This document shows, one piece after another, positions 1 to 9,469 of a DNA stretch of 64,000 nt (position 1 is its first letter; each line of letters opens with the position of its first letter). The stretch spans positions 13,363 to 77,362 of the forward strand of contig CAVZPT010000001.1 in NCBI GenBank assembly GCA_963777195.1. Reading direction: 5' to 3'. The stretch is from an uncultured Actinomycetota bacterium. GTDB lineage: Bacteria > Actinomycetota > Actinomycetes > Propionibacteriales > Nocardioidaceae. The position numbers were made by a program, and so were the translations under genes. The notes under the pieces are model-generated. The model searched no databases, was not told the origin of the DNA, and saw nothing but the letters and a program-made list of their open reading frames with translations.

Positions 1-24
1 TGCGGGTGCCTCCACGGTGGTCAT
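1..24 (-). CDS. 5' end of a gene running out of the window (MTTVEAPA...)
   Basis: ATG at 24-22 overlaps the TGA of the 21-713 gene (ATGA coupling); only 8 codons are visible. Confidence 0.5.
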
Positions 25-713
25 GACGCGCTCCCGACCAGGCGGGAGCCGAGCTCGCCGGTCGTCGCACGCACCTGCTGCTGCGTGGCGGCGTCCCAGT
101 TGCCCCCGCAGGTGACGAACAGCCGGGCGATCCGGCCCTCCCGGACCGTCGCGATGACGGCACCGACGGCCAGCGACTCGACCTCGCCGTGACAGCGGTA
201 GGCGTACTCCACGGCGAACCCGTCGTAGGTCGGCCGGACCTCCCACAGCTCGATCGTGCGCGTCGCCGCCTCGCCGCGGAGCCCCTCGGCGATCTGGTCC
301 TGGCCGTGCGCCACCACGCGGCCGTGGGGCACGATCATGTCGAGCTCGACGTCGTCGGCGAACGCGTGCGCGACCGGGGTGCTCGTCTCGAGCGTGTGCC
401 GCAGGTCGTCCGCCCCCTGGGTCCAGGGTGGCTGCACCGGCTCGAGGTTGTGGAAGGTGACCGGGCCGGTCGAGAGCGCCGTGGCTCGCTCGGCGAAGTC
501 GGACGTGGCCGGCAGCGCGGAGTTGGCCATGGCGGACGTGTGGTCGGTGAACCAGCCGAGCGCGACGTAGTGCCCCGGCTGGTCACGGTCGGAGAACAGC
601 TGGCTGCCGACGGCGGTGCGCTGGCCCTCCGTGGCGTGGGTCCACTCCTCCTCGAGGGTGAGGAACTCCCCGACCCGGTCGGTGTGGAAGTCGATGATCT
701 GCAAGAACGTCAT
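21..713 (-). CDS. Two-domain protein: N-terminal ABM-like (dimeric alpha-beta barrel) domain + C-terminal SnoaL/NTF2-like domain
   Basis: MTFLQIIDFHTDR...SALPATSDFAERATALSTGPVTFHNL, then FADDVELDMIVPHGR...VREGRIARL; AGAGG RBS before ATG at 713. Confidence 0.65.
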   Translation of the reverse strand: MTFLQIIDFHTDRVGEFLTLEEEWTHATEGQRTAVGSQLFSDRDQPGHYVALGWFTDHTSAMANSALPATSDFAERATALSTGPVTFHNLEPVQPPWTQGADDLRHTLETSTPVAHAFADDVELDMIVPHGRVVAHGQDQIAEGLRGEAATRTIELWEVRPTYDGFAVEYAYRCHGEVESLAVGAVIATVREGRIARLFVTCGGNWDAATQQQVRATTGELGSRLVGSAS

Positions 714-768
714 GGCACTGCCTCTCTGGGATGGATGGTCCTTCACCCAGGTGGCGTGGGATGCCGGC

Positions 769-3700
769 TCACGACGTGGGAGGGGTCTCCCACGTCGTCG
801 GGACCTCCGGGGCGTAGCAGCAGTAGATGCCGGTGCGCACCGAGGCTCGCAGGTGCCGGCCCAGCTCGGGATGCACCGCGTCCACGCGCCCGATCGCGTC
901 CCGGATCCGGGAGGTGACCGTGGTCCGGGCGCGCTCGGCCGGGTCGCCCGCACGGCGGGCACGCCCGCCCAGTCCGTACGCCGCCCCCAGCTCGGCCAGC
1001 AGGAACTCACGCTCGCTCGCGGCTCGGTCGAACGCGGCGTCGTCGCCGGCAGCCTCGGCCTCGGACTGCTCCTCCTCGAGCGTCTCCAGCCGCCTGCGGT
1101 AGGCCGCCCTGGCCTTGTCGTCGAGCACTGCGCCGAGGTCGCCGCGGGCGGCGGCAGGGACACCGACGAGGTCGAGCACGTGCACCTCGCGGTCCGGCTG
1201 GGCGAGGAGTACGGCGAGGTCGGCCAGCCCCTTGACCGCGGGCAGCACCGCCGACCTGCCCCGCCAGGTGAGCGACCACACGGCCCCCTCACGGCGCAGC
1301 ACTCCGCCGGAGGCCGGCTCTGGGGCAGGTGCCGCGGGGCTCGCCGCGAGGACCGCCTCCACCTCGGCGACGCGTTCGCCGATGCCCACCCGCCGGTAGA
1401 ACGTCAGGGCCTCCGCGAGCAGGCTCTGTCGCAGCTCCGCGTCACCCTCCGCCGCGCGGCGGGCCAGCAGCTGCGCGTATTCGCGCTGAGTGTTGGCGAC
1501 AGCGAGCGGAGCCCCGATCGTGGCGTTCACCCTCAGCGCTCGCTCGAAGTGGTCCGCCGCGGCGTCGTACTCCTCGAGCAGGGTGGCGAGCAGGCCGAGG
1601 GTCCGCTCCGTCGAGCCCGCCATGGCGGCGCCGATCCCGTCGACGAGGCAGAGATCTCGCCAGGGGAGCAGGGTGTCGTGCAGCAGCCGGGCAGGTGCGC
1701 CGCCGATGCCGGACTCCCAGAACCCCAGTGCCACGGCGGCCAGGTTGGGCAGCCACTCCTTGTCCACGGACAGGTCGGCGAGGATCTCGGGGAACAACGG
1801 CAGCGCGGCTTCGCGGACGCCGACATCGTGGCCGGGAAAGAACCGGATCAGCGAGGTGCCGTCGCCGGCGAGCTCGGGAAGCTCGCCGAACGCAGCCTGC
1901 ATCGCCTGCATGTTCTCCCGCGTGCGCCCGCGCTCGATCAGGTCCCAGCTGGCCTGCACCAGCGAGAGCATCGAGGCGTTGCGGCTCCCGCCGAGCTCAC
2001 CGAGCCGTCGCACCTCCTCGGCGCACAGCTTCATCTGCTCGAGGTCACCGGCCAGGTGGGCCCGCAGGCCGCGCCACAGCGGGACGTACCAGCCGAAGAA
2101 CGGCTGCCGCAGCCGCTCGGAGACCCGCTCGAACTCGGCCATGTCGAGCTCGGCCGCCGAGAGGCTCCCGTGCTCCAGGCGCGCGACCACCCGCAGCCGC
2201 AGCCCGAGCAGCTCCAGGCCGAGGTCGGCGACCTCTCGGGCGAGCTCGATGATCTCGCCGGCCTCGGCCTCCCGCAGGTCGACGTACGCCGGCCCTGCCA
2301 GCGCGTCGCAGTGCGCGGCGAGAGCACCACCGAGGGCGCGCGGGTCGTCGAGCCGGCGGGCCATCGCGACCGCCTCGCCGGCCAGGGCGATGCGACGGTC
2401 GGTGGGGGCGGAGAAGGACAGCCCGACCGAGAGCCGCGCCAGGACCTGTGCCCGGAGTGGGGAGTCGCCCTCACCGAGGACGACCAGTGCCTCCTCGAGC
2501 AGGTCGTTCTGGCGCCGGTCCCACAACCGCACCTCGAAGCCGGACAGGCCGACCGCGAACCCCAGGCAGGCCCGGGCGAAGTGCTCCGCGTCCCCGGTGG
2601 CACGGGCACGGTCCGCGGCCTCGAGGTAGTGCTGACGCGCCCCGTCAGGGTCACCGGCCATCAGGTGCGCCTCCCCGCACAGGAGCAGCAGCTCGGGACG
2701 CCGTGGCGAGGAGGACCCGGCCAGGTCGAGTGCCTGGTCGCTCCACCCGAGCGCCTCCTCGTAGGCCTGGACGGCGGTGGCGGCGCGCGCCGCGCGGGTG
2801 GCGGCGGCGACCACGTCGTCGACCGGGACCAGGGGGAGCGCCTGACCCAGGTGGTGGGCCAGCTCGGCGGCGTGCCGGTCGGGGAAGCCGTCGGCCTCGC
2901 TCGCGGCCGCGACGACGGTGGCCGCGGCGAGGTGCAGCTCCCGCCTGCGCACGGCGGAGAGCGAGTCGTGGACGGCGTCTCGCACCAGGGCGTGGCTGAA
3001 CTCCAGGCGCCCGGACGGCAGGGTCAGCAGTCCGGCCTCGACGAGGACGTCGACCGTCGGGAGGAGCTCGACCGCCGCGCGGCCCATGACCTCGGCCAGC
3101 GCGGGGATCGACAGGGAGGCGCCGAGCACGGCCGCGGCGGCCAGGGCCGACTCGGCGTCCTGCGGCAACCGTGCGACCCGACGGCGGATGGTGGCCTGGG
3201 CCGTCTCCGGGACGAGGGTCGCCACCGAGTCGCGCCCGCGCGACCGGGCCAGCCGCGCCATCTCCGAGACGAACAGCGGGTTGCCGCCGGTGCGGCTCGT
3301 CACCACCCTGGTCTCCTCCGCGCCCGCCGGCCGACCCGTGGTGATCTCGATCAGCCGCTGCACGTCGGTCTCCCCCAGACCGTCGAGCAACACCGACTGC
3401 CCCCGGGCCGCGACCTGTGCGGCCAGCTCCCGGCGTTCCTGGCTCAGGCCGGACTCGTGGTCCCGCCAGCCGCAGGCGACCACCACTCGCCGCTGCGCCA
3501 GGTCCGAGGTCAAGAAGTGCAGCAGCCGCAGCGAGCCGGCGTCGGCCCAGTGCAGGTCGTCGAGCACGAGCACCGCCGGACGCTCGGCTGCCACCTGGTC
3601 GAGGACTCCGGCCACGGCGTCGAAGAGTGCGAACCGGCCGCCGGTGCTGTCCGGGTCCTCGCCGGTCCCGTCGAGGAGGATGCGTGCCCGGGTGCCGCGA

Positions 3701-3996
3701 GCCGTCCAGGACTCCGGTGCCACCAGGCCGGCAGCGCTGCGCAGCACCTGCGTCCACACCCAGAAGGCCGGGGTCCCGGGGTCCTCCCAGCCGCTGCCGT
3801 GCAGCACGGCCGCGTCACCGGCTCGGTCCCCGATCTCCTGCAGCAGCCTGGTCTTGCCGATCCCGGCGTCACCCTGCACCCAGAGCAGCCCTCCCCGGCC
3901 GGCCCGGCACGACGCCAGCATCTCCTCGGCCAGCCCGACCAGGTCGTCGCGGCCCAGCAGGGGAACGCGGTCGGTCGCGCGCGGGGCGACGGTCAC
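769..3996 (-). CDS. Large STAND-like AAA ATPase (AAA_16) with helical/TPR region; probable transcriptional regulator
   Basis: LLGRD, Walker A GDAGIGKT, Walker B LVLDDLHWAD, TGGNPLFV, FSHALVRDA; GTG at 3996 with GAGGAG RBS. Confidence 0.85.
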   Translation of the reverse strand: MTVAPRATDRVPLLGRDDLVGLAEEMLASCRAGRGGLLWVQGDAGIGKTRLLQEIGDRAGDAAVLHGSGWEDPGTPAFWVWTQVLRSAAGLVAPESWTARGTRARILLDGTGEDPDSTGGRFALFDAVAGVLDQVAAERPAVLVLDDLHWADAGSLRLLHFLTSDLAQRRVVVACGWRDHESGLSQERRELAAQVAARGQSVLLDGLGETDVQRLIEITTGRPAGAEETRVVTSRTGGNPLFVSEMARLARSRGRDSVATLVPETAQATIRRRVARLPQDAESALAAAAVLGASLSIPALAEVMGRAAVELLPTVDVLVEAGLLTLPSGRLEFSHALVRDAVHDSLSAVRRRELHLAAATVVAAASEADGFPDRHAAELAHHLGQALPLVPVDDVVAAATRAARAATAVQAYEEALGWSDQALDLAGSSSPRRPELLLLCGEAHLMAGDPDGARQHYLEAADRARATGDAEHFARACLGFAVGLSGFEVRLWDRRQNDLLEEALVVLGEGDSPLRAQVLARLSVGLSFSAPTDRRIALAGEAVAMARRLDDPRALGGALAAHCDALAGPAYVDLREAEAGEIIELAREVADLGLELLGLRLRVVARLEHGSLSAAELDMAEFERVSERLRQPFFGWYVPLWRGLRAHLAGDLEQMKLCAEEVRRLGELGGSRNASMLSLVQASWDLIERGRTRENMQAMQAAFGELPELAGDGTSLIRFFPGHDVGVREAALPLFPEILADLSVDKEWLPNLAAVALGFWESGIGGAPARLLHDTLLPWRDLCLVDGIGAAMAGSTERTLGLLATLLEEYDAAADHFERALRVNATIGAPLAVANTQREYAQLLARRAAEGDAELRQSLLAEALTFYRRVGIGERVAEVEAVLAASPAAPAPEPASGGVLRREGAVWSLTWRGRSAVLPAVKGLADLAVLLAQPDREVHVLDLVGVPAAARGDLGAVLDDKARAAYRRRLETLEEEQSEAEAAGDDAAFDRAASEREFLLAELGAAYGLGGRARRAGDPAERARTTVTSRIRDAIGRVDAVHPELGRHLRASVRTGIYCCYAPEVPTTWETPPTS

Positions 3997-4112
3997 GCTC
4001 GGCTCCTCTCGGTGAGGGAACCACCACAGCGTAGGACCGTCCGGGCCGATTCGGCACGTCGCGCCGGCGGACCCGGCGTACGTCCGCGACCGGTGCGGGC
4101 TAGGCTTGCCGG

Positions 4113-4205
4113 GTCCGACAGGGGAGCGCCGCAACGGCGCTGAGAGTGCGAAGAGTCGCAGACCCTTGAACCTGCTCCGGTTAGTACCGGCGAAGGAAGT
4201 CGAAG
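4113..4205 (+). promoter_or_regulatory. TPP riboswitch (THI element)
   Basis: GGGGAGC...GCTGAGAG...GACCCTTGAACCTGCTCCGGTTAGTACCGGCGAAGGAAG consensus, directly upstream of a thiamine ABC operon; -10 TAGGCT at 4101-4106. Confidence 0.95.
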
Positions 4206-4216
4206 GAGATTTCCCG

Positions 4217-5293
4217 ATGTCCCACCTCCACACCCGTCTGGCGCGCGCAGCGTGCTCGATGCTGGCCCTCGGCGTGCTCGCCGCCTGCGGGAGCAGCGGT
4301 GCGTCGTCCGGTTCCGCGGAGGCCTCCGGCGACCCGAAGACGCTCACCGTCGCCACCCACGACTCATGGGCCATGCCCAAGGACGTGCTGGCCGAGTTCG
4401 AGGCCGAGACCGGCATCACCGTGAAGGTGCAGCCCCAGGGCGACGCCGGCGAGCTGACCAACAAGCTGGTGCTGACCAAGGGGTCGCCGCTGGCCGACGG
4501 GGTCTACGGCATCGACAACACCTTCGCGTCGCGGGCGGTCGAGGAGGGGGTGCTCGCGTCGTACGACACCACGGCGCTGCCGACCTCCGCGGAGCGGTTC
4601 CGGCTCACCGGCGACGGCGCCGACCAGCTCACCCCGATCGACTACAGCGACGTGTGCGTCAACCTCGACGACACCTGGTTCGCCGAGAAGGGGATCGCGG
4701 CCCCGAGGACGCTGGAGGACCTGACCCGTCCGGAGTACAAGGACCTCTTCGTCACTCCCGGCGCCACGACGTCCTCCACCGGGCTGGCCTTCCTGCTCGC
4801 GACGATCGCCGCCGAGGGCGACGGCTGGCAGGACTACTGGAAGCGGCTGATGGCCAACGGCGCCAAGATCACCTCCGGGTGGTCCGACGCCTACGAGGTC
4901 GACTTCACCGCCGGTGGCGGCACCGGCGACCGGCCGGTGGTCACGTCGTACTCCTCCTCACCGCCGTTCACCATCCCCGAGGGCGGCAGCAAGCCGACGA
5001 CGAGCGCACTGCTGGACACCTGCTTCCGCCAGGTGGAGTACGCCGGGGTGCTGGCTGGGTCCGGAAACCCCGCAGGAATGGGCAAGTTCATCGACTTCAT
5101 GCTCGGCGAGCGGTTCCAGGCGGCGCTGCCCGACAACATGTACGTCTACCCCGTCGACGGCGACGTGGCCCTGCCCGAGGCGTGGGCCTCCTTCGCCAAG
5201 ACCTCGCCCGACCCCTATGCCCTGGACGCAGCCGAGATCTCCGCCGGCCGCACCGAGTGGCTGCGCGAGTGGCGCGACATCACCAGCCAGTGA
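4217..5293 (+). CDS. thiB: Thiamine ABC transporter substrate-binding lipoprotein
   Basis: Lipobox LAAC, THDSW, GDAGELTNKLVLTK, GIDNTF, SYSSSP, CFRQVEYAGVL; under the TPP riboswitch. Confidence 0.92.
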   Translation: MSHLHTRLARAACSMLALGVLAACGSSGASSGSAEASGDPKTLTVATHDSWAMPKDVLAEFEAETGITVKVQPQGDAGELTNKLVLTKGSPLADGVYGIDNTFASRAVEEGVLASYDTTALPTSAERFRLTGDGADQLTPIDYSDVCVNLDDTWFAEKGIAAPRTLEDLTRPEYKDLFVTPGATTSSTGLAFLLATIAAEGDGWQDYWKRLMANGAKITSGWSDAYEVDFTAGGGTGDRPVVTSYSSSPPFTIPEGGSKPTTSALLDTCFRQVEYAGVLAGSGNPAGMGKFIDFMLGERFQAALPDNMYVYPVDGDVALPEAWASFAKTSPDPYALDAAEISAGRTEWLREWRDITSQ

Positions 5294-5311
5294 CGGCCCG
5301 GTGAGCGGCCA

Positions 5312-6949
5312 GTGACGACGTGGCGTGGCCGAGCGGGGACTGCGGCCCTGGCCGCGGTCCCGCTGACCGCGCTGGTGCTGTTCTTCCTCTACCCCGTGGG
5401 CGGCATGCTCGCCCGCGGGTTCTGGCCCGAGGGGTCCTTCGCCCCCGGGTCGGTGCTCGACGTCCTCGGCCGGCCACGGGTGCACCGCGTGCTGTGGTTC
5501 ACCGTGTGGTCCGCGGCACTGGCCACCGTGCTGACCGTGGCCATGGGGCTGCCGGTGGCCTTTGCCCTGCACCGGTTGCGGTTCCCGGGTCGTGACCTGC
5601 TGCGCGCGCTGGTGGTGGTGCCGTTCGTGCTGCCGACCGTCGTGGTCGGGGTCGCCTTCCGGCAGTTGATCGCGCCGGCCGGGCCTCTCGGCCCGCTCGG
5701 GCTCGACGGCACCGCGGGCGCGATCATCGCCGCGATGGTGTTCTTCAACCTCAGCGTCGTCGTGCGCACGGTCGGGGCCTTCTGGGAGTCGATCGACCCC
5801 CGCCGCGAGGAGGCGGCGGCGGCGCTCGGCGCCTCGCCGGTGCAGGTCTTCCTCACCGTGACCCTCCCGGCACTGTGGCCGGGCATCCTCTCGGCCGCGA
5901 GCGTGGTCTTCTTGTTCTGCGCGACCGCGTTCGGGGTGGTCCTCACGATGGGCGGGCTGCGCTACGCCAACGTCGAGACCGAGATCTACCTGCTCACCAC
6001 GCAGGAGCTCGACCTCACCGGCGCGGCTGCGCTCTCGGTGCTCCAGGTGGTGGTGGTCGCCGGCCTCCTGCTGCTGGCCGCGCGGGTACGCCGTACCGCC
6101 GCGCCCGTCGACCGCAGCGTCCGCCCGGTCCCCACCCCGTCGAGGCGTCACCTGCCGGTGCTCGCGTGGACGGGACTCGTGGTGGTGCTCCTGCTGGCAC
6201 CGTTGGCCTCGCTGGTGCTGGCCTCGCTGAGGCGCGGCGACTCGTGGGGGCTGGCGAACTACCGCGCGCTGGGGACGACCGGCGCCCGCAACGCGCTGCT
6301 GGTGCCCGCGACCGACGCGCTCGCCACCTCGCTCTCCGTCGCGGTGGTCGCCAGCGGACTCGCCCTCCTGCTGGGCACGATCGTGGCGTTCCTGGTGACC
6401 AGGCGACCGAGGCCCGGGCGTCGCGGGGTGGGCGGACTGCTCGACGGGCTGTTCATGCTGCCCCTGGGAGTCTCCGCGGTGACGGTGGGGTTCGGCTTCC
6501 TGATCACCCTCGACCGGCCGCCGCTGGACCTGCGCTCCTCGGCGCTGCTCGTGCCGATCGCGCAGGCCATGGTGGCGCTGCCGCTCGTGGTGCGCACGGT
6601 CGTGCCGGTGCTCCGCTCGGTCGACGACCGGCAGCGCCAGGCGGCGGCCTCGCTCGGGGCCGGTCCGCTGCGGGTGCTGCGCACGGTCGACCTCGCGGTG
6701 GCCTGGCGCTCGCTCCTGGCCGCCGCGGGCTTCGCGTTCGCGGTCTCGCTCGGCGAGTTCGGTGCCACCAGCTTCCTGGCGCGCGACGACCACCCCACCC
6801 TCCCGGTGGTGATCTACCGGCTGATCGGCCGGCCGGGAGCGGAGAACTTCGGGATGGCGATGGCCGCGTCCGTCGTACTCGCCGGGGCGACGACCCTGGT
6901 GATGCTGCTCGTGCAACGGCTCCGCGCGGGCTCGATGGGAGCCTTCTGA
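5312..6949 (+). CDS. thiP: Thiamine ABC transporter permease (two TM modules)
   Basis: Two EAA loops (EEAAAALGAS, QAAASLGAG), SLGEFGATSF. Confidence 0.9.
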   Translation: MTTWRGRAGTAALAAVPLTALVLFFLYPVGGMLARGFWPEGSFAPGSVLDVLGRPRVHRVLWFTVWSAALATVLTVAMGLPVAFALHRLRFPGRDLLRALVVVPFVLPTVVVGVAFRQLIAPAGPLGPLGLDGTAGAIIAAMVFFNLSVVVRTVGAFWESIDPRREEAAAALGASPVQVFLTVTLPALWPGILSAASVVFLFCATAFGVVLTMGGLRYANVETEIYLLTTQELDLTGAAALSVLQVVVVAGLLLLAARVRRTAAPVDRSVRPVPTPSRRHLPVLAWTGLVVVLLLAPLASLVLASLRRGDSWGLANYRALGTTGARNALLVPATDALATSLSVAVVASGLALLLGTIVAFLVTRRPRPGRRGVGGLLDGLFMLPLGVSAVTVGFGFLITLDRPPLDLRSSALLVPIAQAMVALPLVVRTVVPVLRSVDDRQRQAAASLGAGPLRVLRTVDLAVAWRSLLAAAGFAFAVSLGEFGATSFLARDDHPTLPVVIYRLIGRPGAENFGMAMAASVVLAGATTLVMLLVQRLRAGSMGAF

Positions 6950-6950
6950 G

Positions 6951-7949
6951 ATGACCGGTCTGGAAGTGCGTGACCTGACGGTGCGCTTCGGCGAGACCGT
7001 CGCGGTCGACGCGGTGTCGCTGGCGGTGCCGGCCGGGTCGGTGGTCGCGGTCCTCGGACCGTCCGGGTGCGGGAAGTCGACGCTGCTGCGCGCCGTCGCC
7101 GGCCTCGAGGACCCGACGGCCGGGCAGGTGTGCTTCTCGGGCACGGACCTGGCGGGGGTGCCCACGCACCGCCGCGACTTCGCCCTGATGTTCCAGGACG
7201 GCCAGCTCTTCCCGCACCTCGACGTCGCGGGCAACATCGCCTATCCGCTGCGCCTGCGGCACCGCAGCCGGGAGCTGCGGCACTCCCGGGTCGAGGAGCT
7301 GCTCGAGCTGGTGAACCTCCCCGGGTACGCCGACCGCGCCGTCGCCACCCTCTCCGGCGGCGAACGGCAGCGGGTCGCGCTCGCCCGCTCGCTCGCGGTG
7401 GAGCCGCGGCTGTTGCTCCTCGACGAGCCGCTGAGCGCGCTGGACCGGTCGCTGCGCGAGCACCTCGCGGTCGAGCTGCACGACATCCTCCGGGCCGCCG
7501 GTGCGACCGCGATGCTGGTCACCCACGACCAGGAGGAGGCGTTCGCCGTCGCGGACCGGATGGCGGTGATGCGCGAGGGCCGGATCGTGCAGCAGGGCTC
7601 GCTCGACGAGGTGTGGTCGAGCCCGGTGGACGGCTGGACCGCCCGGTTCCTGGGCTATGCGACGGTGCTCACGGGCGAGGCGGCCGAGCGGCTGCGCGAG
7701 CAGACGGCTCCCGACCAGACGTGGGCTGCGGTGGCGCTGCGCCGGTCCGCGCTGCGCGTCGACCGGGCCGGCTCCATGCTGGCGCGGGTCGAGGGTGCCC
7801 GGGTCACCCCGGACCAGATCCGCGTCCAGCTCGACGTCGTCGGGGTCGGCTCGCTGCCGGGTGTGGCGGTTCCCGGGGACGACGTACGCCTCGGCGCGAT
7901 GGTGAGAGTGTCGCTCGACACGTCCCGGATCGCCCCCGTCCCTGCGTAA
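6951..7949 (+). CDS. thiQ: Thiamine ABC transporter ATP-binding protein
   Basis: GPSGCGKST, LSGGERQR, LLLLDEP, VTHD. Confidence 0.88.
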   Translation: MTGLEVRDLTVRFGETVAVDAVSLAVPAGSVVAVLGPSGCGKSTLLRAVAGLEDPTAGQVCFSGTDLAGVPTHRRDFALMFQDGQLFPHLDVAGNIAYPLRLRHRSRELRHSRVEELLELVNLPGYADRAVATLSGGERQRVALARSLAVEPRLLLLDEPLSALDRSLREHLAVELHDILRAAGATAMLVTHDQEEAFAVADRMAVMREGRIVQQGSLDEVWSSPVDGWTARFLGYATVLTGEAAERLREQTAPDQTWAAVALRRSALRVDRAGSMLARVEGARVTPDQIRVQLDVVGVGSLPGVAVPGDDVRLGAMVRVSLDTSRIAPVPA

Positions 7950-7979
7950 CCGGTTCGCCTCACACCTAGACTGCCCGGT

Positions 7980-9056
7980 GTGAAGCGGCACGCCTACTCA
8001 GCAATGGTCACGGTCGCGGTGGTCATGGGCGTGACGGCGATCATCACCGGCCAGTCGCTGGGCTACCCCCTGCGCGACCCCGACGGCTTCCTCGGCCCGG
8101 CCTGGGTGCGGCTGCCGCTGTTGTGCCTGGGGGCCTTCGTCGCCGACATCGTGCCGCGCACGCTGTGGCGCACCCGGTTCCGGCTCCGGCTGTTCCGTGA
8201 CGAGGCCAGGCTGCTGATCCGCGAGCACTGGACCCGCGACCGGATCACGCTGGTGGTGCTCGGCCTGATCTGCTTCTACGTCACCTACGTCAGCTACCGG
8301 AACCTGAAGAACTTCCTGCCCTTCGTGCGGGCCGGCATGGAGCGCAAGGGCGACTACGACCTGCACCAGTTCGACCTGTGGCTGCTCTTCGGCCATGACC
8401 CCGCGACGCTGCTGCACTCGCTGCTCGGGACCACGGTCACCGCGCATGTGCTGTCGTGGGTCTACCTGATCTTCTTGCCGATGGTGCCGATCTCGGTGAC
8501 GATCTGGCTGGTCTGGTCGCGCAACGTCAGCTTCGGCTACTGGTACGTGACCGCGCAGTGCATCTGCTGGACGCTCGGCACCGCCAGCTACTACATGATC
8601 CCGACGCTCGGGCCGAACTTCGCCTTCCCCTGGCTCTACAGCAACCTGGACACCACCGGCGTCTCCGTGCTCCAGGACGCGCTGTACTACGGCCGGCAGA
8701 ACATCAGGTTCGACCCGTTCGCCAACGGGGTGCAGTCGGTGGCCGGGTTCGCCTCGCTGCACGTCGCGGTGACCCTGCTGATGGCGCTCGTGGCGCAGTA
8801 CACCGTGCGCCACCGGATCATCAAGATCGTGCTCTGGGTCTACATGGGGATCACGGTGCTCTCCACGACGTACTTCGGCTGGCACTACATCGCCGACGAC
8901 ATCGCCGGCGTCGCGATCGCGCTGATCTCCTTCTACCTCGGCGGGATCGCCACCGGCCAGCGCTTCGACCGCAACGGCCGACACTCCCACCCGACCACGG
9001 CCACCAGCGACGTCCCCGTGGACTCCGACGACGACTCCGAGCCCGTCCGCGCCTGA
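7980..9056 (+). CDS. PAP2-family membrane protein (inositol-phosphorylceramide-synthase/Aur1-like)
   Basis: Multiple TM helices, GFASLHVA and FGWHYIADD motifs; -10 TAGACT 7 nt before GTG (leaderless). Confidence 0.8.
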   Translation: MKRHAYSAMVTVAVVMGVTAIITGQSLGYPLRDPDGFLGPAWVRLPLLCLGAFVADIVPRTLWRTRFRLRLFRDEARLLIREHWTRDRITLVVLGLICFYVTYVSYRNLKNFLPFVRAGMERKGDYDLHQFDLWLLFGHDPATLLHSLLGTTVTAHVLSWVYLIFLPMVPISVTIWLVWSRNVSFGYWYVTAQCICWTLGTASYYMIPTLGPNFAFPWLYSNLDTTGVSVLQDALYYGRQNIRFDPFANGVQSVAGFASLHVAVTLLMALVAQYTVRHRIIKIVLWVYMGITVLSTTYFGWHYIADDIAGVAIALISFYLGGIATGQRFDRNGRHSHPTTATSDVPVDSDDDSEPVRA

Positions 9057-9068
9057 CCCGCCCCCCGT

Positions 9069-9316
9069 TCGCCGAGACGTCGCAGATGAAACGGCCAGGG
9101 TTCGCCGAGACGTCGCAGATGAAACGCGCCCGGGGCTCGCCGAGACGTCGCAGATGAAACGCGCCTGGGGTTCGCCGAGACGTCACAGATGAAACGCGCC
9201 TGGGGCTCGCCGAGACGTCGCAAATGAAATCGAGCTCTCGACTGTCGGCGGCAAACATCCTGATATTTCCTGATGTATCTACACCTTCTGCCGTTTCATC
9301 TGCGACGTCTCGGCGA
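9069..9316. repeat. REP-like family A: five direct 24-bp units (TCGCCGAGACGTCGCAGATGAAAC) plus one inverted unit
   Basis: Units start at 9069, 9102, 9137, 9172, 9207 (period 33-35 bp); exact reverse complement at 9293-9316. Confidence 0.95.
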
Positions 9317-9469
9317 AACTTACATCGGTGTAGTTGTCAAGCCGACACGCCAATTACAACGTGGTAATTATGTGAAAAGTGTTCACAGTGGGACAGATGA
9401 GCCCTAACGTTGCGGAAGTCTCGTGCCGTGGGGAAGCGGCACGAGACCCTCTACGAAAGGGATCTCCTG

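Noticed and set aside
616-4143. 1175-aa plus-strand ORF and the many other long antisense or alternate-frame ORFs in the track
   Set aside because: Shadow ORFs typical of high-GC DNA; the opposite or alternate frame carries recognisable protein motifs
9069-9230. Possible CRISPR array
   Set aside because: Linkers are only 9-11 bp and nearly identical to each other, inverted copies exist, and there are no cas genes; this is a REP-like tandem repeat
9371-9387. Canonical CRP site
   Set aside because: TGTGA and TCACA are separated by 7 nt rather than 6; kept only as an unassigned dyad
9411-9469. c-di-AMP (ydaO) riboswitch, often found before actinobacterial cell-wall hydrolases
   Set aside because: The leader is too short and lacks the conserved GAATCC...GGGAAC/GGGG pattern; only a simple hairpin is present
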